Positions 40,907 to 55,603 are shown, counted from the first letter of the stretch. The stretch: DNA of 64,000 nt from Enoplolaimus lenunculus (GCA_030248215.1 JASANG010002125.1:62001-126000), one strand, 5' to 3'. Made by a program: numbers and translations. Notes: generated by a model from the sequence alone, not told the origin.

Positions 40907-41551
40907 GATTTGTGTGTGAAACCGGTCGTCACAGGTCACTTGTAGCGACGCGTTTCCAACTCTGTATTGTGCTTTTACACAAAATCTTATTTTCAGTATG
41001 CCGTTTGCCAAACTAAATTATTAGCTGAATATTTCACGCCATGTTTTACAGTTTTATATATTGCTTGTCGTAAAAAATGGGTAGGCTAGGGTACGTTGGT
41101 TTTTAGGTCTAAGTGTTCGCTGCTGATAATGAGGGGCTATGGTGCAAGGTTCTGTGTCCCATGAAGTATGGCCGCCAGATTCTCAGTCCAGATGGCTAAC
41201 ACTGAATCACGCCGCCTCATACCCAGCTGCTGAGTTTTTAGCCTCTATGCCATATATGAACCTCAAAATTGCACTAGTTCTATGTGTATTGGATCGTCCA
41301 CGTTGTTACTATATATACTGCTGCATATGATTACACTACTATCACCGTTTTATTGATGAACAGAATCAGCATGAGGTTTATTTTGCGTCCATGCATCTGC
41401 ATGTAACAATTGCTCCTATAGACTAGTCTCAGCAGGCGTACTTGATCCCACCTCCCCAACCAGACCAACGAGGCTCATAATCACGTCGAAAAACTCTGAT
41501 GTAAAGCAGAAAGATGCCAAAATAGAACTATTTGTAAATTAAAAGGCGCTT

Positions 41552-41805
41552 CACTGTAAATTTCTGTGAGTTGATTTTAACTCAGAATGAGTTGAATCAC
41601 TTAGTTTGAGTTAGGACTATCGGAATTCAGAATTTTGAGTTGGTTCGATTCATTCTGAGTTAATTAATCAACTCACCCAGAGTCAACTAAACTCAGAGTG
41701 AGAATCAACTCGACTCAGAGTGAGTTAAAGTTTGTTGTTATTAACTCAGTAATAACGAACTCGCTAGCTGAATTGATTTATCAACTCGTTGGAATTTATA
41801 CAGTG
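41552..41805. mobile_element. CACTGTAAA-TIR MITE with GAGTT/AACTC internal motifs (CMC-like ends)
   Basis: CACTGTAAATTTC ... GGAATTTATACAGTG with TT on both flanks. Sister copies lie at 7890-8145 and about 33050-33267. Confidence 0.7.
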
Positions 41806-43193
41806 TTGCTATACTTCAACGTTTCTTCGCATAGAGTATACTACGAGTAACTAAGCGCAAACTATGACCGCGGGTGAAGACACTTTCGAAAGTCACGGTC
41901 AAATTGCGGATTAAAACATTTCTGGTGTTTGACATCACCGCAATATCTTTACATGGGGCTATTTGTGGAAGCACTAATAAATGAGATTTTCAATTTTCCC
42001 GGTTTTTCATTTTTTCCGGAAGAAAGAAAACATTTTTTTCGGGCGATACAATTTTTACCGAAAGAAACCAACCGTGATCTGTAAAATAGTTTTTCTTCTT
42101 GATTTAAACGTGGGCCAGTGTATAAAGAGGGTCGTAATGTAACAATTGTATTAACATATTCCTACACTTCAAAAAATGGTGAGTCATATTGACCCTTCGA
42201 AATCGGGACTGCACAAATTGAGTCAAAATCCAACTACGCCAGAGTCACATTCGATTGACTGAGTCGCACGTTTGATGTCTGGCGGAGTCGAATTTGACTC
42301 AGTTGTGCAGTCTTGAGACTCACCATTTTTTGCAGTGTAGGTGTACAGTACACACAAATAACATTTTCTGATATCCAAGAAATATTTTTTGAATTATGTC
42401 TTAATTTAGACTCCAGACATATATTTCTTGAATGCAAGACATTTCTGAAATTTTTCAGAAATATCTGTCTTAAATTTTTAACACTTTAAATGATTTAAAT
42501 TTAAATCTGTTTCATAAACGATTAAGACAATATTTCCGAAATATACGACAAATGTGTCTGAAATAAGACATGTTTCGCAAGATTTGTCAGAGAAGTTGTG
42601 TTCTAAATTGGGAACTAAAGTCAACTAAATCCCTAATTTTACAACCTAAGATACGTCCAAGACGTTAATTTTGGTTGAGAGGGGGAGCCTAAGCTCAACT
42701 CGAAATATCTTTGAAGTTCCATTATTTATATACTCTCAAGAATATATATAAACGGAGCAACTTTTTACATACATAAAAATCAGGGCCAATGTTACCCTAA
42801 AGGCCGTCCCCGGAAAACTAGTCCCGCTAGAATAAACTAACCCCAGTTAACTTTGTGAAATTCTTCAAATACTCTCCAGAAATTCCCCAGTTCAAAAGCC
42901 AGTAGTAAAATACTGTACGATTTCCCTGCGCAATGCGGAACCCAAGATAACTCACGATTTCCTTAACATGCTAAGCCTCCGTGGCACTCCTCCCAAACAC
43001 AGTTCCTAAATCCAAGTTCCAACTCTAGCAGATGCTCCACAGACGCAATCCAAATTCCGGTGCAGTCTTTCAACAACAACGATATAACATCATTCAGCCA
43101 CAAGCATCGACAACAATACAGGCAAACATATCATGATGACATAGCCTAGCTGTGTCATTGTGCGCCAAAATAGCCGATACTCTTGCAAACTAG

Positions 43194-43326
43194 TTCCCAT
43201 GTAAAGATCAGGGGCGGAAAGTTTTTTGTGAGGCTTAGAAATATGCTCATTTTTACGCTTAGGCTGAGGCAGAGTGTTACGCATAGGCTTAGGCTTACTG
43301 CTCCGCCCCTGTTCTTTACATTGGCC
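43194..43326. mobile_element. TTAGGC-carrying MITE (Merlin-like), subfamily B
   Basis: CCCATGTAAAGATCAGGGGCGGA ... TCCGCCCCTGTTCTTTACATTGGCC; perfect TSD CAAACTAG. Confidence 0.83.
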
Positions 43327-44212
43327 CAAACTAGTAAGACCAACATTGCGGCACAGCCACCATACCTTAATTTTATAAGTTTACGCCCTAAAGCAACGCC
43401 TAAGCCTAACTTAAGATTTAAGAGAGAGTAGACGGAACCACGGACTCTCTTAAAGCGTGGCTTTGAGTTTGGTTTTAGTTTTGTGTTTTAGTTTTTAATT
43501 CGAAATGTAATTAAGAGTTGCACAGTCACCTACAGGCCGGAACGTCTGCCTGCGGACTGTAATAGAGTAAGTTCAAGCTTTAGACTTTTTTTTACTTCAG
43601 CATCGGCTTAGAAATATGCTTATACTACTGTTCCGGTTCTGTTGTATGCATGGACTCGTTCCCCATTCAAGCAACTGTCCTCTAATCAACACCACTTATA
43701 AAGTGCAGTATAATATTTGCTCTATAGCCTAAATTACGTAGCTACGGACTTTACCGAGCGGTTAAACAAACTTTTAAGCCATTAGCTAGCTTAACATATA
43801 CTGAAATTAGTTAGAATGTATCGATTAATAGGCATCGGTATCGGCAATAATCGGCACTTTTCGTGCGTATTTTTATCGGCGCTGCAAACAAATTGCCGCT
43901 ACCTTTTTATAACATTCAGTTGGTATATATCAATTTCACTTCTTTCTTGGTGCATATCAGTGTGTCTGCTCACGGAACTGTTTTCTCTTGCGTTTGCGTT
44001 TGAAAAAATTGATTTTATCCGTTTATGGTGGTTTGAACTGAACTCTCCGCATAATGATGTGATTTATCCCATCTGCTCTTTAGGAATGGTGTACTAAAGT
44101 TGGAATCGGCATTGGCACTTACCTGTCATTAGGTTTTCACTTGTCAGAGAGCAGATGTATTGCTAATTAACAAATTCTAGAAATTGTTATTGTTGTCCAC
44201 ATTATCACAACC

Positions 44213-47200
44213 ATGGCTAGTGGTTCATCTTTAAAGGAACTACGCCAGCGCCTGATAGAAATGGAAATGAAAAAAAGCGCAAACGGTAAGTTTGATGCAA
44301 CATTTTTATGGCCTCCTTCGGCAGAGATAGGGGGCGTGGTTTCATGGAATATTCGTGCTTGCTCAACCTCAGCACTCCAAAAATTTATGATTTTGTTCGC
44401 CGGTATCGTCTAAATAGGACTTCACATTCACAACCATCGACAGTTGTCCAGGTTCAAGTCGCCAACCAGCTTTTCCTGAATACGTGTAGCAAATTTTTGC
44501 TTAACATTGTTATTTCATAATTTTGAGGTAGCGCTTACTCACGTTTTGTCTTTTTTAATAAATAACTAATTTTAAACCAATGGGTTTTTCGAGTGAAGGT
44601 GGTTGTATGGTGTATATACACTTGGAATGCTAAAACATCGTGCCAGGACTGGGAGTCTCAATCACAACTAATCACGTCTAGGTTTTCAACTCGTCTTGGT
44701 TTGATGTGGGTTTATTTTGAATTTTAAGGACCTACCTGTTTAGGAATCTAAGCCAAAACGACAACTTTGAGAAACATAAGTAAGCGGAAATGCATTTTCG
44801 CTGTAAATCTGTTTCTGGTTAAAGTGATAAACTTTTTTCGAAAACCTGTAGAATTAAGTCACGGCCTAGTCAGTCCGTTTATCTCTGTAAGTGTTATGTA
44901 GGAAATCGGTATATTTTAGCTGAAAAATTAGACGAACGTGATGAAGCAAATCTTGATGACGATAACAAAGAAAATTGGCTCAAGAAGTAAGGTGTTTTTG
45001 TCACAGATTTAGATATTTCGTATTACTTAAAGTCGCGTCTCTAATAAAGTCAATTTTACTGTCAATCGTATGCTAGAGAATCGATTCAGTACTAAGATTA
45101 ACAATAAAATACGAGCATACATATTATTCTTTACTAAACAGAAGAAAGACTTGCTTTACTGTGCACATGCCCCGTTTAGTTTGTTTGACATATATAAATG
45201 TATGTTGTTTTGCAGGTCTGATGCAAAGAAAAACGAAACCGAACAAGGTAAGCGTAGAAATTGTTTTGTATACATAAATTAGTTTTATTATTTGATTTTA
45301 TGTATATGTTTACTTGTTTGACCATTTTTTAGCAGTTGCCTAAAGATGCATTCACAGCCACACCATATAGTTTACGGCATGCCTAAATACTAAAGTAGCG
45401 TTGTTGCTTTGCTGTTATTGTTGCAGAAATAACTGATAACGTTGAACAGCAGAGATCGCCGTCAGAATTTACGTCAGAAAGCATTTTGTCACAGCAGCGA
45501 AAACGATACGCATCTCATGACAGTAGGTTCAACCTTGATTAGTAAGTACTGGTCACTAACCAGTGTATATAACTAGATACTCATTTCCTATAAAAATCAG
45601 TGCCCTTCATGCGATGAATGCACTGTAAATTTTGTACCTGTTTATTTACCAATACATTAGCTTCATTCACTTGAGTAATATGTTAATTTTCTAATATTGA
45701 CATTCATTCAATCGCTTCATTGAAGCAAATTCAAGATAACTAATCATGCGTCTGGAGAAGATTGAGATTAAAGAGATTTTTTGCTTATTTTAGAAAATTT
45801 ATGTCAAAAATATGTATTAACATCAGGGTGCAGCCAGAATTCAGGTTAAACTTTGACAATCACCAATAATAAACCATCGAAGATAGATTTCGCTTCCGTG
45901 GATTATAAAATTAAAATGTAGCAGATAATGGAATACCTATCTCCAACAATGGTTATTTCACCAGTAATGCAAAAAATAAAATTGAAATGACTGTTTCAGT
46001 CGCATGTATATATTTTTCATTTTCCGTTTCCGTAAACGTCCGTTTCATACGTTGTCAACACTTTCCCATCCGTTTTCGGTGATTTAATTATTCTTTTGGC
46101 GTTTACCACCAGGTACGTAGTACCAAGTGCAGATATGCAATTTATTTGCCTAAAAAAGCAGCGTGTAAGCGGCAATGGAGGCGGGGGAAATGAAAACATT
46201 TATGTTTAACAGTAACTAAATCAGTTTACCAGAGCAGACATTTAGCGGGTTGAGAAAACCTCCAAGAAACAGCCAATCAAGGTTGGCATCTTTAGTACAA
46301 ATGCTTTCCACTAAATGTCTATAGTGCAAAAATATATACTAGGTATCACATTTCCAACGGAATTTCTGTTAAGGCCGGAATTCCTACAAAAAGTCAATTC
46401 CTGTTCCTGTTCCTGCATTGGCAAATTAGTTATAGTCATGTCTAACCGGAATTCTGGCTCCGGTAGCGGAATCCTGTATTTCTTACTAAAAGCGATAAAA
46501 TAGCGTTAAAAGTGAATTTTTTGGTAACTAGTACGTATTTCTTGCTTTCTGGTGCTGGTATTTTTTACTTCCCGGTTCCGGTATTTTATAAGTCCGGTTG
46601 CACCTAGATAATAATTTAAATATAGAAAACTTTGTCTTTGAAAAACTGGTATGTCGAAATTAGTCTTTTTGCAATTAGTTCAATGTTGTTAATAAACGTG
46701 TTTCTTATGTGTTTTCGTAAAACTTGACTGCGAAATAGCTAAAAATTCGCTTAAATCATTTTTGCAAGTTTTCTAAAAAGTCCAACAGTAATTGATTTAA
46801 AAAATTTAAATTCAGAATATTACTATCAGGTTAGCAAATCTAAAAATAAAAAATATTTTCAAGTCGTCTTACATTAAGTACTTCATCGAAATGTATTTTA
46901 TTAAAATCTGTATATACCCCAAAAGAATAATCTAGGTTTAATAGAGACATTCTCTTTACCGTCTCAGAAATATTTTGGCCGCAGTGTTGTTAATAATCGT
47001 ATAACATTATTTTGTAATTTTGCTTGCAGTATTGCGAAAAACTGCCATTTCGCGCACTAATGCTTCTCAAACCACGCCTGCCTCAGTGAAAGTCAAAGGA
47101 AATACTAGCGATACATATGGTAGCAACAGCAGTAATAACACCAATCCGCGATATCAAGCTATTTTAAACGAAAAACCATCGTCGTTGTTCAGTCGAAATC

Positions 47201-50200
47201 AGCAAGCGCGTCTGTTTTCAGCTACTAAAGACTACAAGCCTTTTGCGGCTGCCAGTAGTGGAACGGATTCTAATGCTAGCACGAGCCGAAGGGCTTTGGA
47301 AAAATCGCCAGTGCCGAGGAATGATGCTAATTTTGGCTTGGTAAAATATTTAGTGGTCATTGTTTTCGATAAATGTATCATTTATTACAGTTAAGTCCGG
47401 GTCCGTTCCGGTTGTTCCAGGTACGTACGCCGAAAAATCCGAAGCTCGGTTTTTTGCCTTTAGAAATACCGGGTCCTGTTCCCAACAAAAAAATCCGGGG
47501 CCGGGTATGGCAAAAATACTCGGACAAATTAGCCAGATTAAAATGATTTATTAACAATGTATATTGGAATTAAACGTAAAATTGCGTTGATTCTCGATAG
47601 CTTCGCTCGCAAGATTTCTTTCAACTACTGCTTACGTTGAGAACGGTTCGAGTAGGCCGACATCACTTATATTGGATACGTATACAAATGTTTCAATATA
47701 TTTTATTTTATACATCCTGGATTTCAGTACGTACTTTGAAATATAGTCTGGAAAGCGTACTATTTAAGCAAAATAAGTAAATATTGTAGATGGGCTTGAA
47801 CCTTTTAGCCGAAGCTGAACTCGTTGAAAGTTAAACGACCGTAGAGTTCGCAGTACGAACCTTGTTAAGCCGAGAAAAAGTGTCTGAAATTGTTTATTTG
47901 TTGAATTTTTTCATAATTATTAGTAAGTACGTACTACGTATTGTTACCTTATAAAAAATTTAACAACGTGATAAAATTTGGTACTTTGTTGTGACTTTCT
48001 GCATTCAATATAAAAAAATTCTACTTATAATAGGAATCAGTTCCGGATTCTCCGCTTGAGTTTTCATTGGATTTCAATGCTGCGCGTGCGTATAATGGTA
48101 TCCGCAATAGTCGTATCGATGTAAGCACTGCGAAAAACAACTCCAGCTTATACGAAACATCATCGTGTTCACTTCAAGCACGACCTTCTGCACCTGTTAA
48201 ACCATGCAACAATTCCAGGCGCGAATTATCGCTGGGAATGTATGAGACTGTGGCAAAATATCAAAATATCCCTGGTCCCTTTGGAGCAACAGCGGCTACA
48301 GAGTCAGCGTCAATAGACTCGTTAAATTTGCAGAGTAGTTGTTCAAAATCGGTTTCTCGGCCTGGTAGGGTCCAAGATATAGCGAGGTCACAGTATTTAA
48401 GTCCGGCTGTGAAGATGACTAATACTGGTGGTCACAGGGAAGCGTCTACCACAGGTAATGATTGTTTAAGTGTTGCTGATGCACGAACGTCTGCTATACC
48501 AACGCCAGTCCGGGACGCAAATTCAACCAAGACAAGTGAACTTTCACAAAGAAACAAAGGAAGAATAGTAGAGGTGATACCTTGTGAGCATGCCAATGCC
48601 AACTCTTTCAAATTTGGGAATACGTCGACCAGTGAAAAGATTTGTGAAGAGATAAAGCTGAAAAGTTTGCCAACAGTATCCGAAAATCTGAACAAGTCTG
48701 TTCAAAATCTACCTAAAGTTATTGGTGAACTAGAGGTTAACGATGTGGCTGGTGACAGAGCTCCAACGCAGGATTCAGCATACGAAGGTAGTGCCTGTGG
48801 GTGAGTTATGGGGTGTGTGCTTGGTTTGACCGTAAGTTCCGGTTTCGGTTACGTAATTATGAAACGGAACTTTGTAGATTAGGATAATTTAGAATATGCA
48901 AAGCTTGCGTGCTTGATTTTCACCAAAGCCGTACTGGTGCTTGAGTGTAATCGGTATTTCTGTTTCAGGGATGTGCGGTCTCGAACAAAAACCGAGACCG
49001 AGCCTCTTTCGTCTCGGTCTCAGTCAATGTTTCACCGTTACCGAGCATAAAAATAAAAAAAATTTCTAACAAAAGTTTTGAATGTTTTTCTTACTTTTGT
49101 GTCATTCTTGCATAATAAAATATAGCATCTAACTACTTAGAATTTATAATATTGAACACAGAAATTACCGCAAAGTTTTATTTTTACTAAAAACACTGAC
49201 AAACACAGATACAGGAATATAACACGACCCCACGCCAAAGACGACGATAAAATGTAGAACGCTTTCAGTGTCAAAACTACGCTTTCCGTTTTTCCAACGA
49301 AAATGAGTCGTCAATCGCCAGTATATTTCAACTCTATTAATAGTAAACGCTTTTTAACGTTTATCAAAATGATATTTTAGCGTTAATTTGAACTTTTGAA
49401 ATTTTTGGCACGATTTCTGAAATGTTATCTATAAATACCACTATCTGTGTTGTGACATAATATCAAAAACTTTGGGGTTTAATTTACTTCATAGCACCAC
49501 AAAATAATATAACAATACTACTAAAAAAGCAAAATATTTATAGTCAAAAATCAACAAATACAACTCACGTCCGTTTATTGCGAACGTTGAGCAGAAAAAA
49601 CGGGAATTTGTCTTTCTTCTTTCGTCTCGGTTTGAAACCTACCAAGGCTCAAAACCGACCAAGGCTCAAAACCGACCAAGTCTCGATACTTACCGAGACC
49701 GCACATCCCTGTTCGGTTCCAAGTGTTAAATCCGGTATTTTTTCACCGGATATTCCGGTAATTTTGGTTCTAATAATTTTGTGTTTAAAAGCTAACTAAC
49801 TAGTCATATCATTGTAATGTTTTAAATGAAATTATGGTTAAATTATTTTTAGTAACAATTATCCTTTTACTTTCATGATTCACTCTACTTGGTGCATATT
49901 TTGTGTTTTTAAAAGCACATATCATTGGGATGATAAAAATCTGGACAAAACCAGTATATCCTTGAGTGATACATTGCTGTAATGTAATGTTAATGCTTGT
50001 TTTGATTCTCAGCACTGGACGCAACATGAAATGTTCCGAATCTTTGAAACCAGTCGTTCGAAACTCGAAAGTTGACTCGTTATCACTCGGACGCCAAACG
50101 AAACAAGAGGTAAGTTAATGCTAAAATAAATCATCACAATTCAAGTGCTGAGAATTTCTGTTTCGTTATTTTTTATTAGTTTTGCATGCAAACTAAAGCA

Positions 50201-53200
50201 AAATGTATCGCATAAACAAGTTAAACTTGTCCATCGCATAAACAATTGGAAGTGGAACTTGCCCTCCTCAACTACAAAGCGACATGTAAATTGAAAAAAT
50301 GAAGGTTGTACTGGTGTTTTAACTTGCAGGATGGTTTTTAACTTCAAAAAATTGAAACTTCAGCATTTGCATTTATGCCACTGGAGTTGCTGAGGCCTGA
50401 GGGCCGATGGCTACAGGGACCAGATCAGAACACGTAAAGATAAATATGAATATGAGATGCGATATACGTAATACGTCGTATATTGTAGCTAACGGTTAGA
50501 AATAAACTTTCTATATTGTATTCTGTGTATAGCAAACCGCGGTAAAATGAGAAATGCCGACTATAGAAATCTGAGATACAGCAATTACTGTGCGGGTAAT
50601 GTAAATTAAATATTGAAAATTTCTAGTTTTGATTATGATGAACGATTCCGACTCCGTAAATTAACTGTTTGCTTAACATTCTTTGATGCCTTGCGTTACT
50701 GCGTGTTTTTCTATTTTAGTCTGATTTTGAAGCCACTCCAATGCGGTTAAACTTACAAACGGTTCGAATCTGTGACAAAGATTACCAACTTTTGCATGTA
50801 GTTGGGAAAGGAGGTTCCGCTAAAGTACGCGTTCTCAATTTGATGCTATCATTTTGTATAGACCCTGTGATTTCTTTTCATGTTATGGCATTGTTGGATC
50901 CTATGTAGAACATAGTTCTTTTTTAGACTGAATGTACAAAACAATAGGCTGAAAATTTTCGAGAGACCCATAACGAGCTTATGTTGTGTTTTAAGTTTTG
51001 CTATAACCAAACAATAGTTGACGTGATTAATTCATCATGACATGTAATTTCGTTGAATTTTTTTGCTTCTAATAACAGCTTATACTAATCGCTCGTTGGG
51101 AATGGGGCGTACGCCTCCCGCGTTTTCCTGCCTGAAACCTCACCGGCGGGTAGTATGCACCGTAACGGCACGGAGCCAATAAGCAACCGCACCCGACCTT
51201 GGTCAAAAATCCAGTGTTAGACGGCTCATTTGAAAAACAATCTTTGTTCAGGTGTACAAGGCTTATGATGAAGAAATAAAGAATACTGTGGCCATTAAAG
51301 TTGTTGACTTGTCCGGCTGCGATAAAACAATAGTGGAGGTATATAAGTTTTGTAAAATGCTTTAAAGGTTATTTTATTGTTGTTTAAGGTGAGAATTTTA
51401 CTTTTTCGGTTAGAATTATGGGTATTGAATGATTTCAATTTTTAATGGTATGTATTGTTTTTGCGATCGAAGTTCGGAACTACATGCTGACAAAATGCAC
51501 AAATGCAATTATTGGAATAGTCAATATGTTGATTAGCTAGTATGTTACTAAATTGGAAATATGAAAAGGTTTGAGCGACATAAGTGTCTTTTATTCAAAA
51601 ATCCTATTAACTGTGTTCTCAAATGGTATAATTGGTTATATCTAAACGCTATTTTTAAACTTGTCATACTCGAAAACCATAAAGTCAATAGCACACAAAA
51701 AGGTTTATGAAAATGATTATTCCAACTCAACTGCCATAGTTGGCATAGCTAATATTAGATATTCGCCGATACCAAAATTTTTGCCGATACCGATGCCGAA
51801 TGTGCTTTTTAGGTTTAACCAGTTATGCAAATTAGCCTGTAGCTAGTAAACGGCTTCGAAATTTAAAACACAAAATGCGAGGTTAACATTCACAGTTGGC
51901 TTTCAAACAAAAATTTTATCAAAATAGACATCTTAACCCCCCGAGTACATAACAAAAACTCTTCGCGAAACTTCGAGCTTCGATCGGAATTTTGCTTCGC
52001 TCAATAAGCTGTTCCTGTTTGCAATCTGTATATATTGTGTCTTTTGGCGTGGCTCTATGAAAACGTTATTTGAAATTTCTTTAGGCATATCGAGACGAAG
52101 TTAAATTGTTGTCGAAATTACAAGAAAAACAGTCACCGCGGATTATTAAATTGTATTCGTGGTGAGTATATTAGCTCAGCCAAAGGCTCAAAGAAAATAG
52201 TGATTAGAAAGTCCTGTCGTTGTTTTCTTTTTAACAATTTGTAATTATTGAAATATATTTAGTTTCCGAGCTGATGGCGCAAAGTGCAAACAGTAAAGAA
52301 AATTTTAGTCAATTTAAAGTTCTTTGTGTAATATGTGAAAAAGCTAGCATTATTTGAAAACATTCTTTCTGAACAGTATAGTTTCGACAAAACCCATCAA
52401 TATCAAAGTATGCAGTATCAGACTATTGTGTATGTAAATTGTGTTAAGCTAAGCTGTATATTTTTTGTACATGACTTTCCTTTACAGGTGTGAAGATGAA
52501 CGCAATGAAACATTATTTGTTGTGATGGAACTAGGAGATACCGATTTGGCGAATTTTTTCAAAAAACAGTGGGATTTACAAGCCAACACCGGAACAACTA
52601 ATCAAATGTACTCATAGTCGCCAGCTGCTGTATAATTTCGTTATTACATATATTTTCAGTTTTCGTCTAATATAGTTTTGAACAATGTTGTGTGTATCTC
52701 TTCTCAAAGTTGTCGTAGCTGTGTAGCAGTGCAACTTGCTTTGCGGAAATGTTTGGTAATGTCATCATTTTGTGTTCCTGTTATTTATTCTTATTAAGTA
52801 CTAGCTAGCATTCAAATATTGGCCAGCGATGCAAGATAGAAATATATGTATTGGTCAATTTGTGTTTGAATTTATTTATATTCATAATAATTTCTTCAAT
52901 GTTGTTGCCAGGTCTGCATACTGGATGAATATGCTTGAAGCTGTAAAGGTGATTCATGACGAAGGTTACTGGTTTTAAAAGTTGTGCTGTTTAGTTTGGT
53001 TTTTGTATTTGATGGATAGTTTGAAGGTTTCTTGTTTCATGTTCAGTCACAAATTTAGCAGAGATTTAAGGTTTAGTTTGATTTGTTTGAGCTAAACATA
53101 TCGGAATCTGGATTTAGAAATTCTGAATTTGCTACTGAGTTGCGTATAAGAATTTTGTTATCCTCATTTTTTCTGAAATGCATTTATGTAGTTTCTACTA

Positions 53201-55603
53201 GTTTTGGTTTTGTAATCGTTTGTAAATGGAAAGATTAACCAATGAGGTCAAAACTAGGTAAACGATTCACTTCTCTTGAAATCATTATATAATCGGGAAA
53301 TTTCTAATTTAGATTCCGATTCCTGTATAAATTTGTTGTTGCGACTTCGGTGTAATATAGTTTCATCTGCCAGTCTTCAAAAATGAGACATACAATTACT
53401 GTTCTGTTCAAGGTCTTACACATGCCGATTTGAAACCAGCCAATTTCTTGTTGGTACAAGGCATATTAAAGCTGATCGATTTCGGTATTGCTACTTCGGT
53501 TCCATCGAACAAAACATCTGTAACGAAAGATTGTCAAATGGGTACTGTCAGCTACATGAGTCCTGAAGCGATTGGTTTTGAAATGTCTGAAACTGCTGAC
53601 TGTCGCATTAAGGTAAGATAGACCCTGATATTGCTCCTGGTTACCGTTTTTGCTTTATGTTAACTGAGTCTTTAATTGCTATAAAATTTGATTCAATGTG
53701 CAGTAGAGTTGGTTCTGATAAACCTGTGGGCCCATGTTAATTATACTGCCTGTGAGGGACTTGGAGATTGAAATGCTTAGGTTTTGGTGTATGCTTTGTG
53801 AGCAGGTCCTCATAGGTAACATGGTGTAGATTTTGTATCAGAAATCTGTAAAGAGTTTATGTAAATTTAAATAATACACCGATGTATGTAATAAAAAAAT
53901 TGTTTAGATTGGCACTAAAAGTGATATCTGGTCACTCGGATGTATACTGTACTATATGATTTATGGCAAAACACCGTTTGCCGATATCAAACATGGATTT
54001 CCTCGGATGCGAGCTATTTGCAATGAAAATTATCAAATTCAGTTTCCGAAACCGCCATATTTTTCCCATGATCATCATTTATTGGAAGCAGCTAAAGTAA
54101 TCCTGGCAGTGTGTATCGTATTATCTCATGCATAGTATAACTTCGATTTTGGAAACTATAGTATAGTTTAAATTTTTGCATTTTTGAAATTGTATGTTGC
54201 TGCTAAAATATTGTTATGATGTTTCATTCAGTCAGAATGCATTTGTAAAATTCAAAATGAAAGCAAATATTCCATTTTACAATTATAGTTTTTAGCGATC
54301 AGGCAACCGAAGAAACAGCAGGTGGATAATGATTTTTAGCGGTTTTGAATATACGGTCGCACTATGCTTTTGTTTCGTAATTAGGACGTTTAAGTTTGTT
54401 ATTAAATATTTAAATATTTTTAAGTCGTTTGTTTTGTATTTTAGTTATGTTTGCAACGAAATCCCAAGAATAGACCGACCGTTGATGAACTCATACGCCT
54501 TGCGCAAAAGGGTAAACTGTGTCTTTGACACTACTAGTGTTTAGTATAGTTAAAAAATTTGCATTAAGTATTGTGTTTTTGTGATGCGGCACTTGATATA
54601 AGATAACACATCCTGATGCTGTGAATAAGAATACTCCATATACGAAAAGCTGCTATCTTGATTTGCATTCAAATTCAACATTGCCTCGAGGCTGCCTATT
54701 TGTACATTTCAAAGCTTTTCCTGCGACAGATTTTCCTTACGTTAAAGAACTATACGTTAATACGTGTATGTAGACTATGTGGTTATCAGGGTGCAACCAA
54801 CCGGAATTCTGGTTCTGGTGGGATATCTGGCATTTTTCATTATCCTATTCCGGTAATAAATACGGTATTTTTGCCGGAAATTTCCGGTTGTTTTCAGGAA
54901 AATTGGCATATGATTCTACTTATTTTTCTAATTGTCTGAGCGTGTATTGCCAAAATTTTCAATTTGTGTCATACTCCAGAATTTATCATACGTTGCCAGC
55001 TACTGCATTTTGTTTTAGGATTTGGCATTCTAAATGGTGTCTTTACATTACACCATTAAAAGTGATAAAATAGCGTTAAAAATGAATTTTTCGGTAACAA
55101 ATATTTTTAGTTTTCGGTTCCAGTGTTTTTAACTTTCCGGTTGCGGTATTTTATAATTCCGGTTCCACCCTGGTGGTTACAGGATATTGGCCAGGTTTCT
55201 GAAATCTTACTTAACTATTTACTTGAGTTATACTTAAGTAATTACTTAAGTCGCCGACTTAAGTAAATACTTAACTTTTCGAACAAAAAGTGTCGGTGTT
55301 AAAACAAAAAATTTACAATCCGTATATTTTCAGCAGAAGCACCTCCTGCAAAAAGTATCTCGGACGATTATCTGCAACAAATCTCCGCTGCGTTAGCACA
55401 AAATTCTCCGCGTACTGGTGCTGCCATTGTTCAGGTTAGTAAAATTATTTTTGTCAAGCTTACCCAAGAATTCTATGTATTCGTGTTATATAAACTGACA
55501 GGTCTGTGCGCCTGTGGTTGTTTTATTTTATGCATAATATATAGTTTTTATTCATATTTTGTTTCAGAGAATAATTGGAAAACTTAATCCTGCGCCGTCT
55601 TGA
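44213..55603 (+). CDS. TTK: Dual-specificity spindle-checkpoint kinase Mps1/TTK (17 exons, about 825 aa)
   Basis: Exons 44213-44285, 44920-44986, 45216-45247, 45427-45522, 47030-47340, 48034-48800, 50013-50109, 50720-50824, 51252-51338, 52085-52161, 52488-52607, 52912-52964, 53413-53612, 53908-54096, 54445-54511, 55334-55434 and 55568-55603 give 2478 nt open. C-terminal kinase motifs: [122 protein letters not shown] and W.NMLEAV..IH are characteristic of Mps1. Confidence 0.9.
48966..49711. mobile_element. hAT-like non-autonomous element nested in an older CCGG-rich element (Mps1 intron 6)
   Basis: Perfect 18-bp TIR CAGGGATGTGCGGTCTCG / CGAGACCGCACATCCCTG; subterminal ACCGAGACC repeats; imperfect TSD TTCTGTTT/TTCGGTTC. 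Confidence 0.8.
54787..55172. mobile_element. hAT-like MITE
   Basis: CAGGGTGCAACCAACCGGAATT ... AATTCCGGTTCCACCCTG; TSD GTGGTTAT/GTGGTTAC. A related copy lies at about 46340-46606. Confidence 0.75.

Noticed and set aside
44140..44170. Shared GCAGATG/GGCAGATAG promoter motif (also about 58480 and 21660) resembling a CTCF site
   Set aside because: The matches are too short and inconsistent to support without motif statistics.
52600..52620. Premature stop making Mps1 a pseudogene
   Set aside because: A GT donor at 52608 joins in phase to exon 52912 (M-S-A-Y-W), so the TAG is intronic.
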